Shown here one piece after another: positions 1-9,834 of a stretch of DNA of 34,673 nucleotides. A program made the position numbers and the translations under genes. The notes under the pieces are model-generated. The model was not told where the DNA came from, did no database searches, and was given only the letters and a program-made list of their open reading frames with translations. Positions within the stretch are counted from its first letter, which is position 1, and each line of letters opens with the position of its first letter. Source of the stretch: an uncultured bacterium (GTDB taxonomy: Bacteria; JAGOEH01); assembly GCA_964632485.1 (NCBI GenBank), contig CAZWDO010000003.1, positions 282,204 through 316,876 on the forward strand, read 5' to 3'.

Positions 1-474
1 TACGGTATGACCCCGATTAATTGCTTTCAGTATATCATCATCTGCAATTTGAAGTCCCAATTCCAACCATAAAGGAATTTTTTTTTGAAGACAATTTAAG
101 AGGTTCAGAACGGGATCATCCATACAATCGGGACGGGTAGCAATAGCGAGGATTTTTATTGCGGGATATTCCAGGACAAGATGATACATTCTTTCCAATT
201 CATCTAAAGGCCCGTATGTATTTGAATAGGATTGGAAATAGGCGATTGCGGGCGCGCCCGGATGCTGCTTGATCCAGTTTTCGATTTGTTCGCGAATTGG
301 GAGAGTTTGGCCTTGGGCCATCACCGGATTGAAACTTTGGATGTTGCAAAAGTAGCAACCCTCCACAGAAAGAAGCCCATCACGGTTGGGGCATGTATTG
401 GATGTATAAAGCGCGATTTTACGCATTTTATGCCCATAGGTCTCTTTGATATATTGATTTAGCGTTCGGTACAT
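1..474 (-). CDS. TIGR01212-family (YhcC/YtqA-like) radical SAM protein, 3' end truncated by the window edge
   Basis: Not in the ORF track. Manual minus-strand translation from ATG at 474 is open to base 1: MYRTLNQYIKETYGHKMRKIALYTSNTCPNRDGLLSVEGCYFC...AYFQSYSNTYG...ATRPDC...ELGLQ...INRGHTV. It has the family motifs TCPNRDG, Cx11Cx2C, YFQxYxNTY, TRPDC, ELGLQ and INRGH. Starts 6 nt after the comF stop. Confidence 0.92.
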   Translation of the reverse strand, partial: MYRTLNQYIKETYGHKMRKIALYTSNTCPNRDGLLSVEGCYFCNIQSFNPVMAQGQTLPIREQIENWIKQHPGAPAIAYFQSYSNTYGPLDELERMYHLVLEYPAIKILAIATRPDCMDDPVLNLLNCLQKKIPLWLELGLQIADDDILKAINRGHTV

Positions 475-480
475 TTCGAG

Positions 481-1155
481 TTAATCTTCCTGTAAATGAG
501 CCGCAAGGGCGAGAATATGGACTTGGGCTGCGCCCTGTTTTTTTAAAATAAAGGCACATTCGTTTCCTGTTGACCCAGTAGTAAAAACATCGTCTATAAG
601 CAAGATTCTTTTATCATGGATTGATCGTCGGTCTTCCCATGCAAAGGCTCCGAGGAGGTTTTTCTGCCGGAGATGGCGGCATAGATTCACCTGAGGCGGA
701 GTGTCCATGATTTTTGTCAGTGAGCCCTTCCATAGAGGGCGCTTAATAATTCGCTGGATTGTATTGGCATAATAATGACTTTGATTAAACCCCCGTTTGC
801 GTTCCTTCGCGGGATAAATGGGAACAGGTATCATTAAGCTTATATCAGGTAATGAGATTTCCGTAAGACGGTTTTTTATCATTTGGTTTAAATAGTTTAA
901 AGCAGAGAAATCCTGGTTGTACTTAAATTGGGTGATGGCGGCAGAAATGCCGGCAGCGTAGGGAAAGAGGATAAACGCTGAATTGAGGTAGGTGCATTGT
1001 TCGTAATTAACCAATGGAATATCGAATGAATTTATTAGGAGATGGCATTTCTGACAAACAAAAGGCTGATGAAAGGGGAGTGGCTGATCACATAATTTGC
1101 AGCGCTGAAAAAAAAAGATAGATAATAATTGACCGCGCAGGATATCAATAATCAT
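481..1155 (-). CDS. comF: ComF-family protein (zinc ribbon plus phosphoribosyltransferase-like domain)
   Basis: CKLC..CQKC zinc ribbon, PVP..RGFNQS motif, NLLGAF, and PRPP-binding loop LIDDVFTTGST. Overlaps the rodA stop by 11 nt. Confidence 0.9.
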   Translation of the reverse strand: MIIDILRGQLLSIFFFQRCKLCDQPLPFHQPFVCQKCHLLINSFDIPLVNYEQCTYLNSAFILFPYAAGISAAITQFKYNQDFSALNYLNQMIKNRLTEISLPDISLMIPVPIYPAKERKRGFNQSHYYANTIQRIIKRPLWKGSLTKIMDTPPQVNLCRHLRQKNLLGAFAWEDRRSIHDKRILLIDDVFTTGSTGNECAFILKKQGAAQVHILALAAHLQED

Positions 1156-2377
1156 ACCGGTGCCGTCCGATATTTAAAATCAGGCCGATCATGACACTAT
1201 TGGTCAATAGCGAGCTACCTCCATAACTGATAAAAGGCAGAGGAATTCCCGTAACCGGCATCAGTCCGATCGTCATACCGATATTGATAAGCATTTGAAA
1301 AAAGAGAACGGAAACACAACCAATAATGATTAATTGACCGAATAGATTTCGAGTCTCGGAAGCTATTTGGATCGAATAGAAAAAAATTGATCCAAAGAGA
1401 ATAATGACAATACTGCAACCCAGGAATCCGGTTTCTTCACCGATTACTGAAAAGATAAAATCGGTATGCTGTTCCGGTAAAAAACGTAAATTTTTTTGGC
1501 TTCCCTGGAGAAGTCCTTTTCCATAAAATCCTCCTGAACCAATAGAGATTTTGGATTGGATAATATGATATCCTGAGCTGAGTTTATCTTTTTCGGGGTT
1601 TAAAAAGACCAGAATTCGTTTTTTTTGGTAATCATGAAGATGGTTCCAGATATAAGGTGTAACAATACCGATGATTGTATTAAGAAGGAAAATGAAAATG
1701 AGAATGCGCATTTGTAAACGGCTGTAAAAAAGCATGATCAGCAAGATAACGAAGAAAATGAACCAGGTCCAGATGCTGAATGCTGCCAGAATATTAATGA
1801 TTGGCAGTACGAGGAAGGCCAGGGTCAGAAAACGAAATCCCCGCCAATAAAGAATGGGAAAAATGATTGTGGTGAAAACGATGGATGTTCCCAAATCAGG
1901 TTCTTTAAGGATAAGAAATATAGGTAGAACGAGAATGAAAAAGATGTTGAGGAAATGTTTTAAATTTTCGAGTGGCGGTTTAATGGTGGAAAGGTAAAAA
2001 GCGATCATTAAAATTGTGGCAATTTTAGCAATCTCCGAGGGTTGAAGTTTAATAAAACCCAGAGAAAACCAGCGGGTGGAACCGGAAATGACAGGTCCGG
2101 TCAGCAATACAAGTAATAATAGGATCAAAGATAAAGCAAAAAGAAAGGGAACAATCGGATAAAGATAGCGATAATGAACAGACTGGATGACGGTCATAAC
2201 AATGAGAGAGGCAGTAAACCAGAAAAATTGTTTTAAAGCAAATGGTTCATTAATGTTGATCGTGGCTGAGTGAATAAAAAGTAATCCGATCATACTGAGA
2301 AGAATATAGGCCCAAAATACAGGGAAAGGGAAATTGCGGTTATTCAAGATTGTTTTAAAAAAGGCTTTAATTTTCAT
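1145..2377 (-). CDS. rodA: Rod shape-determining SEDS glycosyltransferase RodA
   Basis: Multi-TM protein with QPSEIAK, EPDLGT, GYHIIQSKISIGSGG, LPEQHTDFIF and GIPLPFISYGGSS. Follows PBP2. Confidence 0.96.
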   Translation of the reverse strand: MKIKAFFKTILNNRNFPFPVFWAYILLSMIGLLFIHSATININEPFALKQFFWFTASLIVMTVIQSVHYRYLYPIVPFLFALSLILLLLVLLTGPVISGSTRWFSLGFIKLQPSEIAKIATILMIAFYLSTIKPPLENLKHFLNIFFILVLPIFLILKEPDLGTSIVFTTIIFPILYWRGFRFLTLAFLVLPIINILAAFSIWTWFIFFVILLIMLFYSRLQMRILIFIFLLNTIIGIVTPYIWNHLHDYQKKRILVFLNPEKDKLSSGYHIIQSKISIGSGGFYGKGLLQGSQKNLRFLPEQHTDFIFSVIGEETGFLGCSIVIILFGSIFFYSIQIASETRNLFGQLIIIGCVSVLFFQMLINIGMTIGLMPVTGIPLPFISYGGSSLLTNSVMIGLILNIGRHRYDY

Positions 2378-4152
2378 GGACTGGCGATAAAAGGGTTGTT
2401 AAAGTATTCATCCAGTAATTGGTTAATAATGGGGGCGGCGATGCTTCCTCCATGGCCTGCATTTTCGACTATGCAGGCAAATGCGATTTCAGGTTGATCG
2501 AAAGGCGCATAACCGGCAAACCAGGCATGGGTAAGTTCGCCACTGTTTTCCGCGGAACCCGTTTTCCCTGCAACGGTAATGTTCTGGACTGCTGCCCGTC
2601 CTCCTGTTCCAAACCCGGTATTTACAACCATGTATAAGGCTTTTTGGAGAACGTCCCACGTCTCGTCCTTGAGATCACAGCTAATTTGTTGTTTTTCAGT
2701 ATAGATCATTTGGCGGGAAATGGCATCCTCATAGGCATGAAGTAAATGGGGGCGATAAGTATGGCCCCGTTCAGCGATGAGACTCATCAGCATGGCAATT
2801 TGCAGGGGGGTTGTTAAAATTTCTCCCTGGCCGATACTCAAATTCAACAAAATTCCCTTAGGAAAATATTTCCACTTAAGTTTATCAAAATAATAGGATT
2901 CGTCAGGGATTATTCCCCTTGATTCTCCGAAAATGTCGATTCCTGTTGTCTGGCCCAAGCGCATTTTAAGTGAATACTCATGAATTCCTTCTAATCCGAG
3001 TTTCAGCCCCAGTTGATAAAAATAAATATCACAACTATGCGCTAAGGCTTCCAACATATTCAAAGTACCATGTCCACCCAGGTTCCAGCATCCATAGGAC
3101 CGGTTACCATAAGTATATCGGCCGGCGCAGGGTTGTAAGGTTGTGTGGGCATTATATCCCAGGATTTCTAATGCGGCGGCTGCGGTAACAACTTTAAAGA
3201 CAGAACCGGGGGGGTAGCGAGAACTGATGCTTCGGTTAAACATTGGGTGGAAGGTATTGTTTTGAATCATCTGCCAATTGGAATCGCTGATCCCTCCGGA
3301 AAACCAATTTAAATCATAGGTGGGATAATTTGCCAGGGTGAGTATTTCCCCACTCTTAGTGTTCATAATAACAACAACGCCCGCATTATATTGAGATAAT
3401 AATTCCTCGGCTTTTTTTTGAAGATGGATGTCCAGACTGAGGTGTAGTGTATATCCCGGTTCGGGAAGCTGGGTTTTTTCCGGGTAGATCTCTCCCATTT
3501 CCCGTTCAAGAGCATTTACTTCAATAAATTTATATCCGTTTTTACCTCTCAAGAGACTATCATAAAAGGCTTCAACCCCGCATTTTCCAATTAAATCACC
3601 CAGTCCATAATTGCGTTCATTAAATATGTCCATTTCCTCTTCTGTTACCTCCCCAAGATATCCGATAGTATGACAGGCAAGGCTTTGATATGGATAGAAG
3701 CGAATATGGCCCCGATGAATGTCAATTCCAGCGAGCTCCTCGCTATGTTCTTCTATTATGGCAACTTTAGTGTAATCGACATTGCGAGCAATCGGGATCG
3801 GCTGATAGGTAAATCTGGATTTGGCCAATTTGAGTACTTTATTTGAATCCAAGTCGAGTATTTTTGAAATTCTTCGGAGGGTTTGTTTACGATCTGCAGT
3901 GCTATAGGGAGTGATTTGAACCGTGTAGGAATTGGTATTGACGGCTAATAGCTGTTGATGCCGATCCAGAATCAGACCCCTTGGGGCATCAATTGAAATT
4001 AGACGAATCCGATTGCGATCGGCTTCATTGAAATAGCGTTGATAATCGATGATCTGAAGGTAAAAAAGCTTAGCAAACAGTGGAACGATTAAAAAAAATA
4101 AAGTGGCGATCAAAAAAAAACGTTTTAGTTTATAGTCGGTATTTTCAATCAT
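2374..4152 (-). CDS. mrdA: Penicillin-binding protein 2
   Basis: N-terminal TM and RGLILDR; transpeptidase motifs PGSVFK (SxxK), SCD (SxD) and KTG. Lies between mreD and rodA. Confidence 0.96.
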   Translation of the reverse strand: MIENTDYKLKRFFLIATLFFLIVPLFAKLFYLQIIDYQRYFNEADRNRIRLISIDAPRGLILDRHQQLLAVNTNSYTVQITPYSTADRKQTLRRISKILDLDSNKVLKLAKSRFTYQPIPIARNVDYTKVAIIEEHSEELAGIDIHRGHIRFYPYQSLACHTIGYLGEVTEEEMDIFNERNYGLGDLIGKCGVEAFYDSLLRGKNGYKFIEVNALEREMGEIYPEKTQLPEPGYTLHLSLDIHLQKKAEELLSQYNAGVVVIMNTKSGEILTLANYPTYDLNWFSGGISDSNWQMIQNNTFHPMFNRSISSRYPPGSVFKVVTAAAALEILGYNAHTTLQPCAGRYTYGNRSYGCWNLGGHGTLNMLEALAHSCDIYFYQLGLKLGLEGIHEYSLKMRLGQTTGIDIFGESRGIIPDESYYFDKLKWKYFPKGILLNLSIGQGEILTTPLQIAMLMSLIAERGHTYRPHLLHAYEDAISRQMIYTEKQQISCDLKDETWDVLQKALYMVVNTGFGTGGRAAVQNITVAGKTGSAENSGELTHAWFAGYAPFDQPEIAFACIVENAGHGGSIAAPIINQLLDEYFNNPFIASP

Positions 4153-4621
4153 GCTGGCGACGATAGTAGAACAAAAGAGTTATAATCGTTCCCAATATTG
4201 CCGAATAGAGAATGGAAGGAATTCCATAGAAGAAAAGAGACCGTGGGTACTCATAGAGGTAATTGCGGTTGATAATCAGGAAAAACAAAATAGAATTGAC
4301 CGCAACACAAAAAACGACCAGAAGAATGCGTGATAAAACGTCATTGACAAATAATTTTTCGTGGATCTGGTGGGCAAGAAAAGCAGTGATTGAAAAGCAC
4401 AACGCGCTCGCTCCAAAATCGTTAATGGAGAAAGCATCGAGAGCCAGACCTGACCAGAACGCATAATGAAAAATTTCATTTAAGGGTGTTTTGAAGGCGA
4501 TGAAGATGATCACTAGCAGGGAAATGTTGGGAGTAGCGCCGGCAATCATTAATTTAGGGGCAATAGTTGTCTGGGCGAGGACTGCTAAAAGCAGAACAAT
4601 TATCTTAAAAGCGATATTCAT
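4145..4621 (-). CDS. mreD: Rod shape-determining protein MreD
   Basis: 158-aa multi-TM protein with GLALD..FG motif, positioned between mreC and mrdA with overlapping ends. Confidence 0.88.
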   Translation of the reverse strand: MNIAFKIIVLLLAVLAQTTIAPKLMIAGATPNISLLVIIFIAFKTPLNEIFHYAFWSGLALDAFSINDFGASALCFSITAFLAHQIHEKLFVNDVLSRILLVVFCVAVNSILFFLIINRNYLYEYPRSLFFYGIPSILYSAILGTIITLLFYYRRQHD

Positions 4622-5417
4622 CTTTTTTCATTAGCACGAGTACGTCTTCAATTTTTGAAAAATCTACGAAAGATGAAACCAAAACGTTTTGGCGAGCGCT
4701 TAAATCTGACGCTTTTTCAGCGCGAATAACCCGTCCTACCGGGATGCCGGGAGGATAGACTCCCCCTAACCCACTGGTGATGACAAAATCATCGAGCGGA
4801 ATGTTGTCAACGGCGGTGGCGTCCAGAAGTTCAAAAACATTGGCGCCTTTCCAGTGTATGGAAGATTTTATGCGGGATTTTTGAAGTAACACGCTAAAAT
4901 AGTGGTTTTTGTCGTTAAGTAAAAACACGATGGCGCTAAAAGGTGTTACACTGAATATTTTTCCAATCAGTCCATGCTCGTTCATCACGATCATATTTTT
5001 TTCCAGACCGGCGCTATTTCCACGATCAATCAATAAACTGTTATAGTCCGGGTGGGGATTGATCGCGATAACATGGGCTGTTACGAAATTTTTTTTGTCG
5101 AAAATATGTAGGTAATTGTTTTTGAAATCCAAAAGTTTAGCAAGTCGTTTGTTCTCTTCGATTAGTTCATACGTATCATAATGCTTGAGTTTAAGAAATG
5201 CGATCTCTGTTTTAAGACGTTCATTTTCAGAGCGCACGTTAAAAAAATCATTGATTACATTGATGGTCTTATAAAGTGGAAAAAGAGCAGTTGTCAAATA
5301 GATTTGTGAGATCTTTTGCTGCTCAATTTTATTAAGATTCAGAAACAAAAAAGCGCAAGTAAGATACACATATAGCACATAATACTTTTTCTGGGATGTA
5401 TGGAGCGAGTTATCCAT
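4605..5417 (-). CDS. mreC: Rod shape-determining protein MreC
   Basis: N-terminal TM, coiled coil (ENERLK, ENKRL), GLIGKI and TSGLGGVYPPGIPVG. Confidence 0.94.
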   Translation of the reverse strand: MDNSLHTSQKKYYVLYVYLTCAFLFLNLNKIEQQKISQIYLTTALFPLYKTINVINDFFNVRSENERLKTEIAFLKLKHYDTYELIEENKRLAKLLDFKNNYLHIFDKKNFVTAHVIAINPHPDYNSLLIDRGNSAGLEKNMIVMNEHGLIGKIFSVTPFSAIVFLLNDKNHYFSVLLQKSRIKSSIHWKGANVFELLDATAVDNIPLDDFVITSGLGGVYPPGIPVGRVIRAEKASDLSARQNVLVSSFVDFSKIEDVLVLMKKDEYRF

Positions 5418-5422
5418 TCGAA

Positions 5423-6442
5423 TTAGTGGCGAGGAGTTTTAAAAAGTATTTTCGCGTAATGGGCCATGTCGCTGATTATTTTTCCGGTCCCGCGAACTAC
5501 ACAGGTCAGGGGATCGTCCACGACGTGCACCGGGAGGTTAGTCTCCTGACGGAGTCGCTCGTCCAATCCTTTTAGCAGCGCGCCGCCCCCCGTCATTATA
5601 ATTCCTCTGTCTAAAATATCGGCAGAAAGTTCCGGGGGAGTTTTTTCGAGGGCTTGCTTTACGGCTTCAACTATGTCATTAATGGGTTCGGCTAAGGCTT
5701 CCCGTGTTTCAGAGGATGTGATGCGAATGGTTTTGGGAATTCCGGCAATCAGATCGCGACCCTTGACTTCCATCTCTTCTTCATGTTCTGTAGGGTAGGC
5801 CGATCCGATTTTAAATTTTATTTGCTCGGCTGTACGCTCGCCAATCAAAAGATTATAAGTTTTTTTCATGTATTGGATGATGGCTTCATCCATTTCATCG
5901 CCGCCGACGCGGATCGAATTGCCATTCACAATGCCGGAAAGAGCAATCACAGCGATTTCAGTAGTTCCGCCGCCAATATCAATAATCATTGACCCGGAAG
6001 GAGATTCGACCGGCAATCCTACGCCAATTGCTGCAGCCATAGGTTCAGTGGTTAAAAATACTTCCCGCGCGCCGGCATGTTCAGCGGCATCAGCAACAGC
6101 GCGTTTTTCAACTTCTGTTATCCCTGATGGAACGCAGATGACGACTCTGGGCCGAACCAGCCACCGAAAGCGCTGCACTTTTTTTAAAAAAAGTCGGAGC
6201 ATATCTTCGGTAATTTCAAAATCGGCAATAACGCCATCTTTTAAAGGCCGTATCGCTTCAATTTCATTCGGAGTCCGTCCCAGCATTTCTTTAGCTTCAT
6301 TGCCAATGGCGAGAACTTTGTGGCTGGCTTTGTCCAATGCCACAACTGATGGTTCATTTACGACGATTCCACGTTTTTCTATATAAATCAATGTATTGGC
6401 CGTTCCTAAATCAATGCCAATATCTCCGGCTAATAAGGCCAT
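5423..6442 (-). CDS. mreB: Actin-like rod shape-determining protein MreB
   Basis: GIDLGTAN, EPSVVA, DIGGGTTE and TGGGALL motifs. Start moved to ATG 6442, which has an AGGAGG SD; the ORF-track ATG at 6472 lies only 2 nt from the predicted -10 box. Confidence 0.97.
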   Translation of the reverse strand: MALLAGDIGIDLGTANTLIYIEKRGIVVNEPSVVALDKASHKVLAIGNEAKEMLGRTPNEIEAIRPLKDGVIADFEITEDMLRLFLKKVQRFRWLVRPRVVICVPSGITEVEKRAVADAAEHAGAREVFLTTEPMAAAIGVGLPVESPSGSMIIDIGGGTTEIAVIALSGIVNGNSIRVGGDEMDEAIIQYMKKTYNLLIGERTAEQIKFKIGSAYPTEHEEEMEVKGRDLIAGIPKTIRITSSETREALAEPINDIVEAVKQALEKTPPELSADILDRGIIMTGGGALLKGLDERLRQETNLPVHVVDDPLTCVVRGTGKIISDMAHYAKILFKTPRH

Positions 6443-6474
6443 ACTGTCCTCCTGAGATTCACTTTTAACCATTT

Positions 6475-6503
6475 ATATTACAAAAAAAACATTGAAATGT
6501 CAA
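6475..6503 (-). promoter_or_regulatory. Sigma70-type promoter for the mreB operon
   Basis: Minus strand TTGACA (6503-6498), 17-nt spacer, TAATAT (6480-6475). Confidence 0.75.
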
Positions 6504-6760
6504 GCTGTTTTATCCGTCTGGCTGTGGATTTGCAAAAAATTTTCTCCTTTGCGCTCTGGTTTGCAAAACAGGTTTCTTCTTGTTGCGAACAGGATAGATA
6601 TCCATCCGATTAGCAGTAGCGGAATAATAAACCATCGAAACAGATTTAGTTCCGACAATCGGGGAAAGCCCAGCAGGAGGGCCGTAGCGGCAATGATGGC
6701 GCCCCCCAAGCTGAAATGGATGGCGCGGCTCGTTTTTAATCTGAGTTTAAAATTCGACAT
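6500..6760 (-). CDS. Small hypothetical membrane protein (about 86 aa, two hydrophobic segments)
   Basis: ATG at 6760 overlaps the glyQS stop. Hydrophobic stretches AIHFSLGGAIIAATALLLGF and LFRWFIIPLLLIGWISILFA, followed by a basic stretch. Fills the glyQS-mreB gap. Confidence 0.55.
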   Translation of the reverse strand: MSNFKLRLKTSRAIHFSLGGAIIAATALLLGFPRLSELNLFRWFIIPLLLIGWISILFATRRNLFCKPERKGENFLQIHSQTDKTA

Positions 6761-8144
6761 GAAGCTGCGCCTTGAAATAGTCGGTAAGCCTATCAATGGC
6801 GATCCGCTCCTGGCTCATGGTATCCCGTTCACGCACCGTGACTTTTTGATCGGATAAGCTATCAAAATCGAAGGTAATAGCAAAGGGGGTGCCAATTTCG
6901 TCCTGACGGCGATACCGTTTTCCAATACTTTGGGTTTCATCATATTCACACGGCCAAAATCTTCGGAGTAAATCAAAAATTTTCCGGGCTTCGCTGCTAA
7001 GTTCCGGTTTTTTAGATAATGGCAAAATGGCAATTTTAACCGGGGCCAGATAGGTAGGAATGCGCAGAACAGTCCGTGTCTCAACGCCTCCATCACCAGT
7101 CGGCGCTTCTTCCTGATGATAGGAATTTAACAATAAGACTAACAATGAACGATCCACACCAAATGTTGGCTCGATAACATGTGGAATAAATTTCTGATTA
7201 GTGGACGGATCAAAATACTCAGTCGATTTGCCACTGGTCAGGCTATGTTGCCGTAAATCATAATCAGTACGATAGGCCAACCCATACAATTCTTTGAACC
7301 CAAACGGATATTCGTATTCAATATCAATCGTACGCTTTGAATAATGGCTCAGTTTCTCCTTGGCATGTTCATAAATGCGGAGTTTTTCGGGGTTTAATTG
7401 CAATAGCTCCGTACACCATCGCCACATTTCATTTTTCCAATGCTCGAAGACAATTTCCCAATCTTCCGGTGATATAAAATATTCAATTTCCATTTGCTCG
7501 AATTCAATCAAGCGGTAAATAAAGTTGCCTGGCGTAATCTCGTTACGAAAAGCCTTGCCGATTTGACCGATTCCAAAAGGTAATTTGAAGCGCATAGTAT
7601 CGATAATATTGTTATATGTCATGAAGATCGCTTGAGCTGTCTCCGGGCGTAAATAAGCAGTTTCATCTGATTCGTCAGTCGTACCCATGGAGGTTCGAAA
7701 CATCATATTGAACTTGCGGACGTTAGTGAACTGCGAGTTGCCGCATTTGGGGCAGTTTATTTTATTGTTTTGGATTAATTCATCCATTTCTGCTAACGGT
7801 TTTCCTTCCACATCGATCTTGAGTTGGTCTTCGATTAACTGGTCGGCGCGAAATCGCGATTTGCATACTTTGCAGTCGACTTTAGCATCATTAAAACCGG
7901 AAACATGGCCGGACGCTTCCCATACTTTAGGGTGTAGTAAAATATTGCCATCGATTCCCGTCATGTCGCTACGGGATTGAACAAAAAAACGCCACCACAG
8001 GTTTTTTAAATTAGCTTTGAGCTCACAACCGTAGGGTCCGTAGGTATATGTGTTGGCAAATCCACCATATATTTCACAAGACGGATAGATAAATCCACGT
8101 CGTTTACACAAATTTACGATTTGGTCCATTGTAACGGATACCAT
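6747..8144 (-). CDS. glyQS: Glycine--tRNA ligase, homodimeric (alpha2) type
   Basis: KRRGFIY, YLRPETAQ, GQIGKAFRNEITP, EFEQMEIE, VIEPTFGVDR and SIGKRYRRQDEIGTP motifs. SD AGGAG. Confidence 0.97.
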   Translation of the reverse strand: MVSVTMDQIVNLCKRRGFIYPSCEIYGGFANTYTYGPYGCELKANLKNLWWRFFVQSRSDMTGIDGNILLHPKVWEASGHVSGFNDAKVDCKVCKSRFRADQLIEDQLKIDVEGKPLAEMDELIQNNKINCPKCGNSQFTNVRKFNMMFRTSMGTTDESDETAYLRPETAQAIFMTYNNIIDTMRFKLPFGIGQIGKAFRNEITPGNFIYRLIEFEQMEIEYFISPEDWEIVFEHWKNEMWRWCTELLQLNPEKLRIYEHAKEKLSHYSKRTIDIEYEYPFGFKELYGLAYRTDYDLRQHSLTSGKSTEYFDPSTNQKFIPHVIEPTFGVDRSLLVLLLNSYHQEEAPTGDGGVETRTVLRIPTYLAPVKIAILPLSKKPELSSEARKIFDLLRRFWPCEYDETQSIGKRYRRQDEIGTPFAITFDFDSLSDQKVTVRERDTMSQERIAIDRLTDYFKAQLHVEF

Positions 8145-8202
8145 TATTTTCTCCTGTCGCTTAGTAGTTCATCCTGACGAATCGTTTCGGCAAGTTAATG
8201 AC

Positions 8203-8231
8203 AATATAGAAACAATTGCTCTTTTTGTCAA
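8203..8231 (-). promoter_or_regulatory. Sigma70-type promoter for glyQS
   Basis: Minus strand TTGACA (8231-8226), 17 nt, TATATT (8208-8203). Confidence 0.72.
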
Positions 8232-8251
8232 CCCTGTTTTCATGTTTTTGC

Positions 8252-8279
8252 TTGCCTTTTACTTGAAAAAGTGTATTTT
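8252..8279 (+). promoter_or_regulatory. Putative sigma70-type promoter for coaE (probably leaderless)
   Basis: TTGCCT (8252-8257), 16 nt, TATTTT (8274-8279), then 6 nt to the ATG. No SD. Confidence 0.45.
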
Positions 8280-8285
8280 TAGACC

Positions 8286-8924
8286 ATGATCATTACGAAA
8301 ATTGGAATTACCGGCGGCATTGCCGCTGGAAAAAGTTTCGCTTGCCAATGGTTGGAGCATCGATTAAAGGTCCGCGCTCCGGTAAAAGTGATTGATATGG
8401 ATCAAGTAGGCCATCAGTTACTTGAAGATAATATTCAGGTGGCGAATCAAATTGTAAGCGAATTGGGCGCGGATTTACTGGATCCTTCCGGAAAAATCAG
8501 CCGAAAACGCTTAGGGGAAAAAGTATTTTCCCAGCCTATTTCGCTGCAAGTCTTAAATCGAATCATTCATCCTCCCATGCGAACGAGAATCATTCAGTTG
8601 TTGGAAGTGATGAATAGGGATTTCGAGGCGCGCTATGTTATCATTGATGGCGCTTTGCTTCATGAAATGAAGATTGATGAGTTCTGTAATTATATAGTGT
8701 TTATAACGGCATCCAGGGATATTCGTCTGAGACGCTTGATAGAACGAAATCATTTGTCAATGGATGATGCCCTCTTTCGATTGTCTTCTCAGGCCCCTGA
8801 TTATCAACGTATCGAAACCAATGATTGGGTAGTTGACAATAGTAGCTCGTTAGAAGATTTTTTTTTATTGCTGGAGAAATTTTATACCCAGTTGTGTTTA
8901 ACACTAGATTCATCCCCGGTTTAA
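8286..8924 (+). CDS. coaE: Dephospho-CoA kinase
   Basis: IGITGGIAAGKS P-loop, ID.D, R..LG..VF, LNRIIHP and RL..RN motifs. Confidence 0.93.
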   Translation: MIITKIGITGGIAAGKSFACQWLEHRLKVRAPVKVIDMDQVGHQLLEDNIQVANQIVSELGADLLDPSGKISRKRLGEKVFSQPISLQVLNRIIHPPMRTRIIQLLEVMNRDFEARYVIIDGALLHEMKIDEFCNYIVFITASRDIRLRRLIERNHLSMDDALFRLSSQAPDYQRIETNDWVVDNSSSLEDFFLLLEKFYTQLCLTLDSSPV

Positions 8925-9100
8925 AGGGCGATATGCACGAAGCGCCTGGAATTTATCCCTCAGAGTTAGCATCTCACCAAAGAATAAAAATCAGTATCAG
9001 AATCAATTGTATTGGAAAAGTGATTTGTAAATATCAACAGACGTGGAGTTTTTTGCTTAGCGGCTTTTAAACGGATATGATCTAAAAATGCAAATTTTTG

Positions 9101-9832
9101 CTATACTCCGGAATGGTTATTATTGTATCGCTGAATTGAGAATAGAATAAATCGTTTCAGGTAATTGTTAAATTGGTATTGTTTGTTGGTACGCAACCGC
9201 CAGATTTTTTGAAACTCAAAGTCCTTTTCGAAATAGTCTTTTCGTTCATCCGCTAATAAATAAGCATAGAAGTGAAATTTGTATGTATCGCTGTTTTCAT
9301 GTGATAGAATTCGAAAATAGTTTAATGCGGAATCCGGTTGCGGTAAGCTATAATAATAAATGGCCAACATGAGCGAATCCATAGAACGAATCTCTGAGGG
9401 CGGAAAGGAAGTAATCTGGCCGCTGGTAAGTTTTTTGAGTTGCTCTTTGCCCAAAACATCGATTTCCCATTGAAGGAATAGCGCCCATGCATCAAGAGGG
9501 GCGCGTTGCTCTATCTCTTTTATATCGTTTTGAGCTGATTCGATCTGGTTGTTTTCCAAATTTTCACAGGCTTGTATTTGATAATAAAGAACAGGATTGC
9601 CTTCATCTCTGATCTTTTCACAAAGTTGTTTATATCGTTTTGTGTTCAAATTATAATATGAGATAAGTTTGTAATATTGATAAAGTGTATCTGGAAGATT
9701 TTGATCATCCAGAATAGCCAGAATATTTTCATACTCATCATTGATGATCAGACTGTCAATAGTGAAAGAAGAAGAGAAGGATGCGCGGATGAATCCTAAA
9801 ATGAGCAAACTAATTACAAACAGTTTTTTCAT
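9101..9832 (-). CDS. Hypothetical exported protein, helical/TPR-like
   Basis: Signal-peptide-like N-terminus MKKLFVISLLILGFIRASFS; Tyr-rich helical pattern (LAIYYYSLPQPDSALNYF). Starts 2 nt after the upstream stop. Confidence 0.7.
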   Translation of the reverse strand: MKKLFVISLLILGFIRASFSSSFTIDSLIINDEYENILAILDDQNLPDTLYQYYKLISYYNLNTKRYKQLCEKIRDEGNPVLYYQIQACENLENNQIESAQNDIKEIEQRAPLDAWALFLQWEIDVLGKEQLKKLTSGQITSFPPSEIRSMDSLMLAIYYYSLPQPDSALNYFRILSHENSDTYKFHFYAYLLADERKDYFEKDFEFQKIWRLRTNKQYQFNNYLKRFILFSIQRYNNNHSGV

Positions 9833-9834
9833 TG

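Noticed and set aside
232..462. 76-aa plus-strand ORF
   Set aside because: It is the antisense shadow of the radical SAM gene on the minus strand.
5783..6857. Plus-strand ORFs of 69, 172 and 121 aa
   Set aside because: They are antisense to mreB, the small membrane ORF and glyQS, and carry no motifs.
8145..8202. Possible T-box leader before glyQS (likewise before hisS)
   Set aside because: Predicted leaders are only about 50-60 nt and lack the T-box consensus and an antiterminator.
8933..9070. 45-codon ORF after coaE (MHEAPGIYPSEL...)
   Set aside because: Weak SD, no motif and short enough to be chance.
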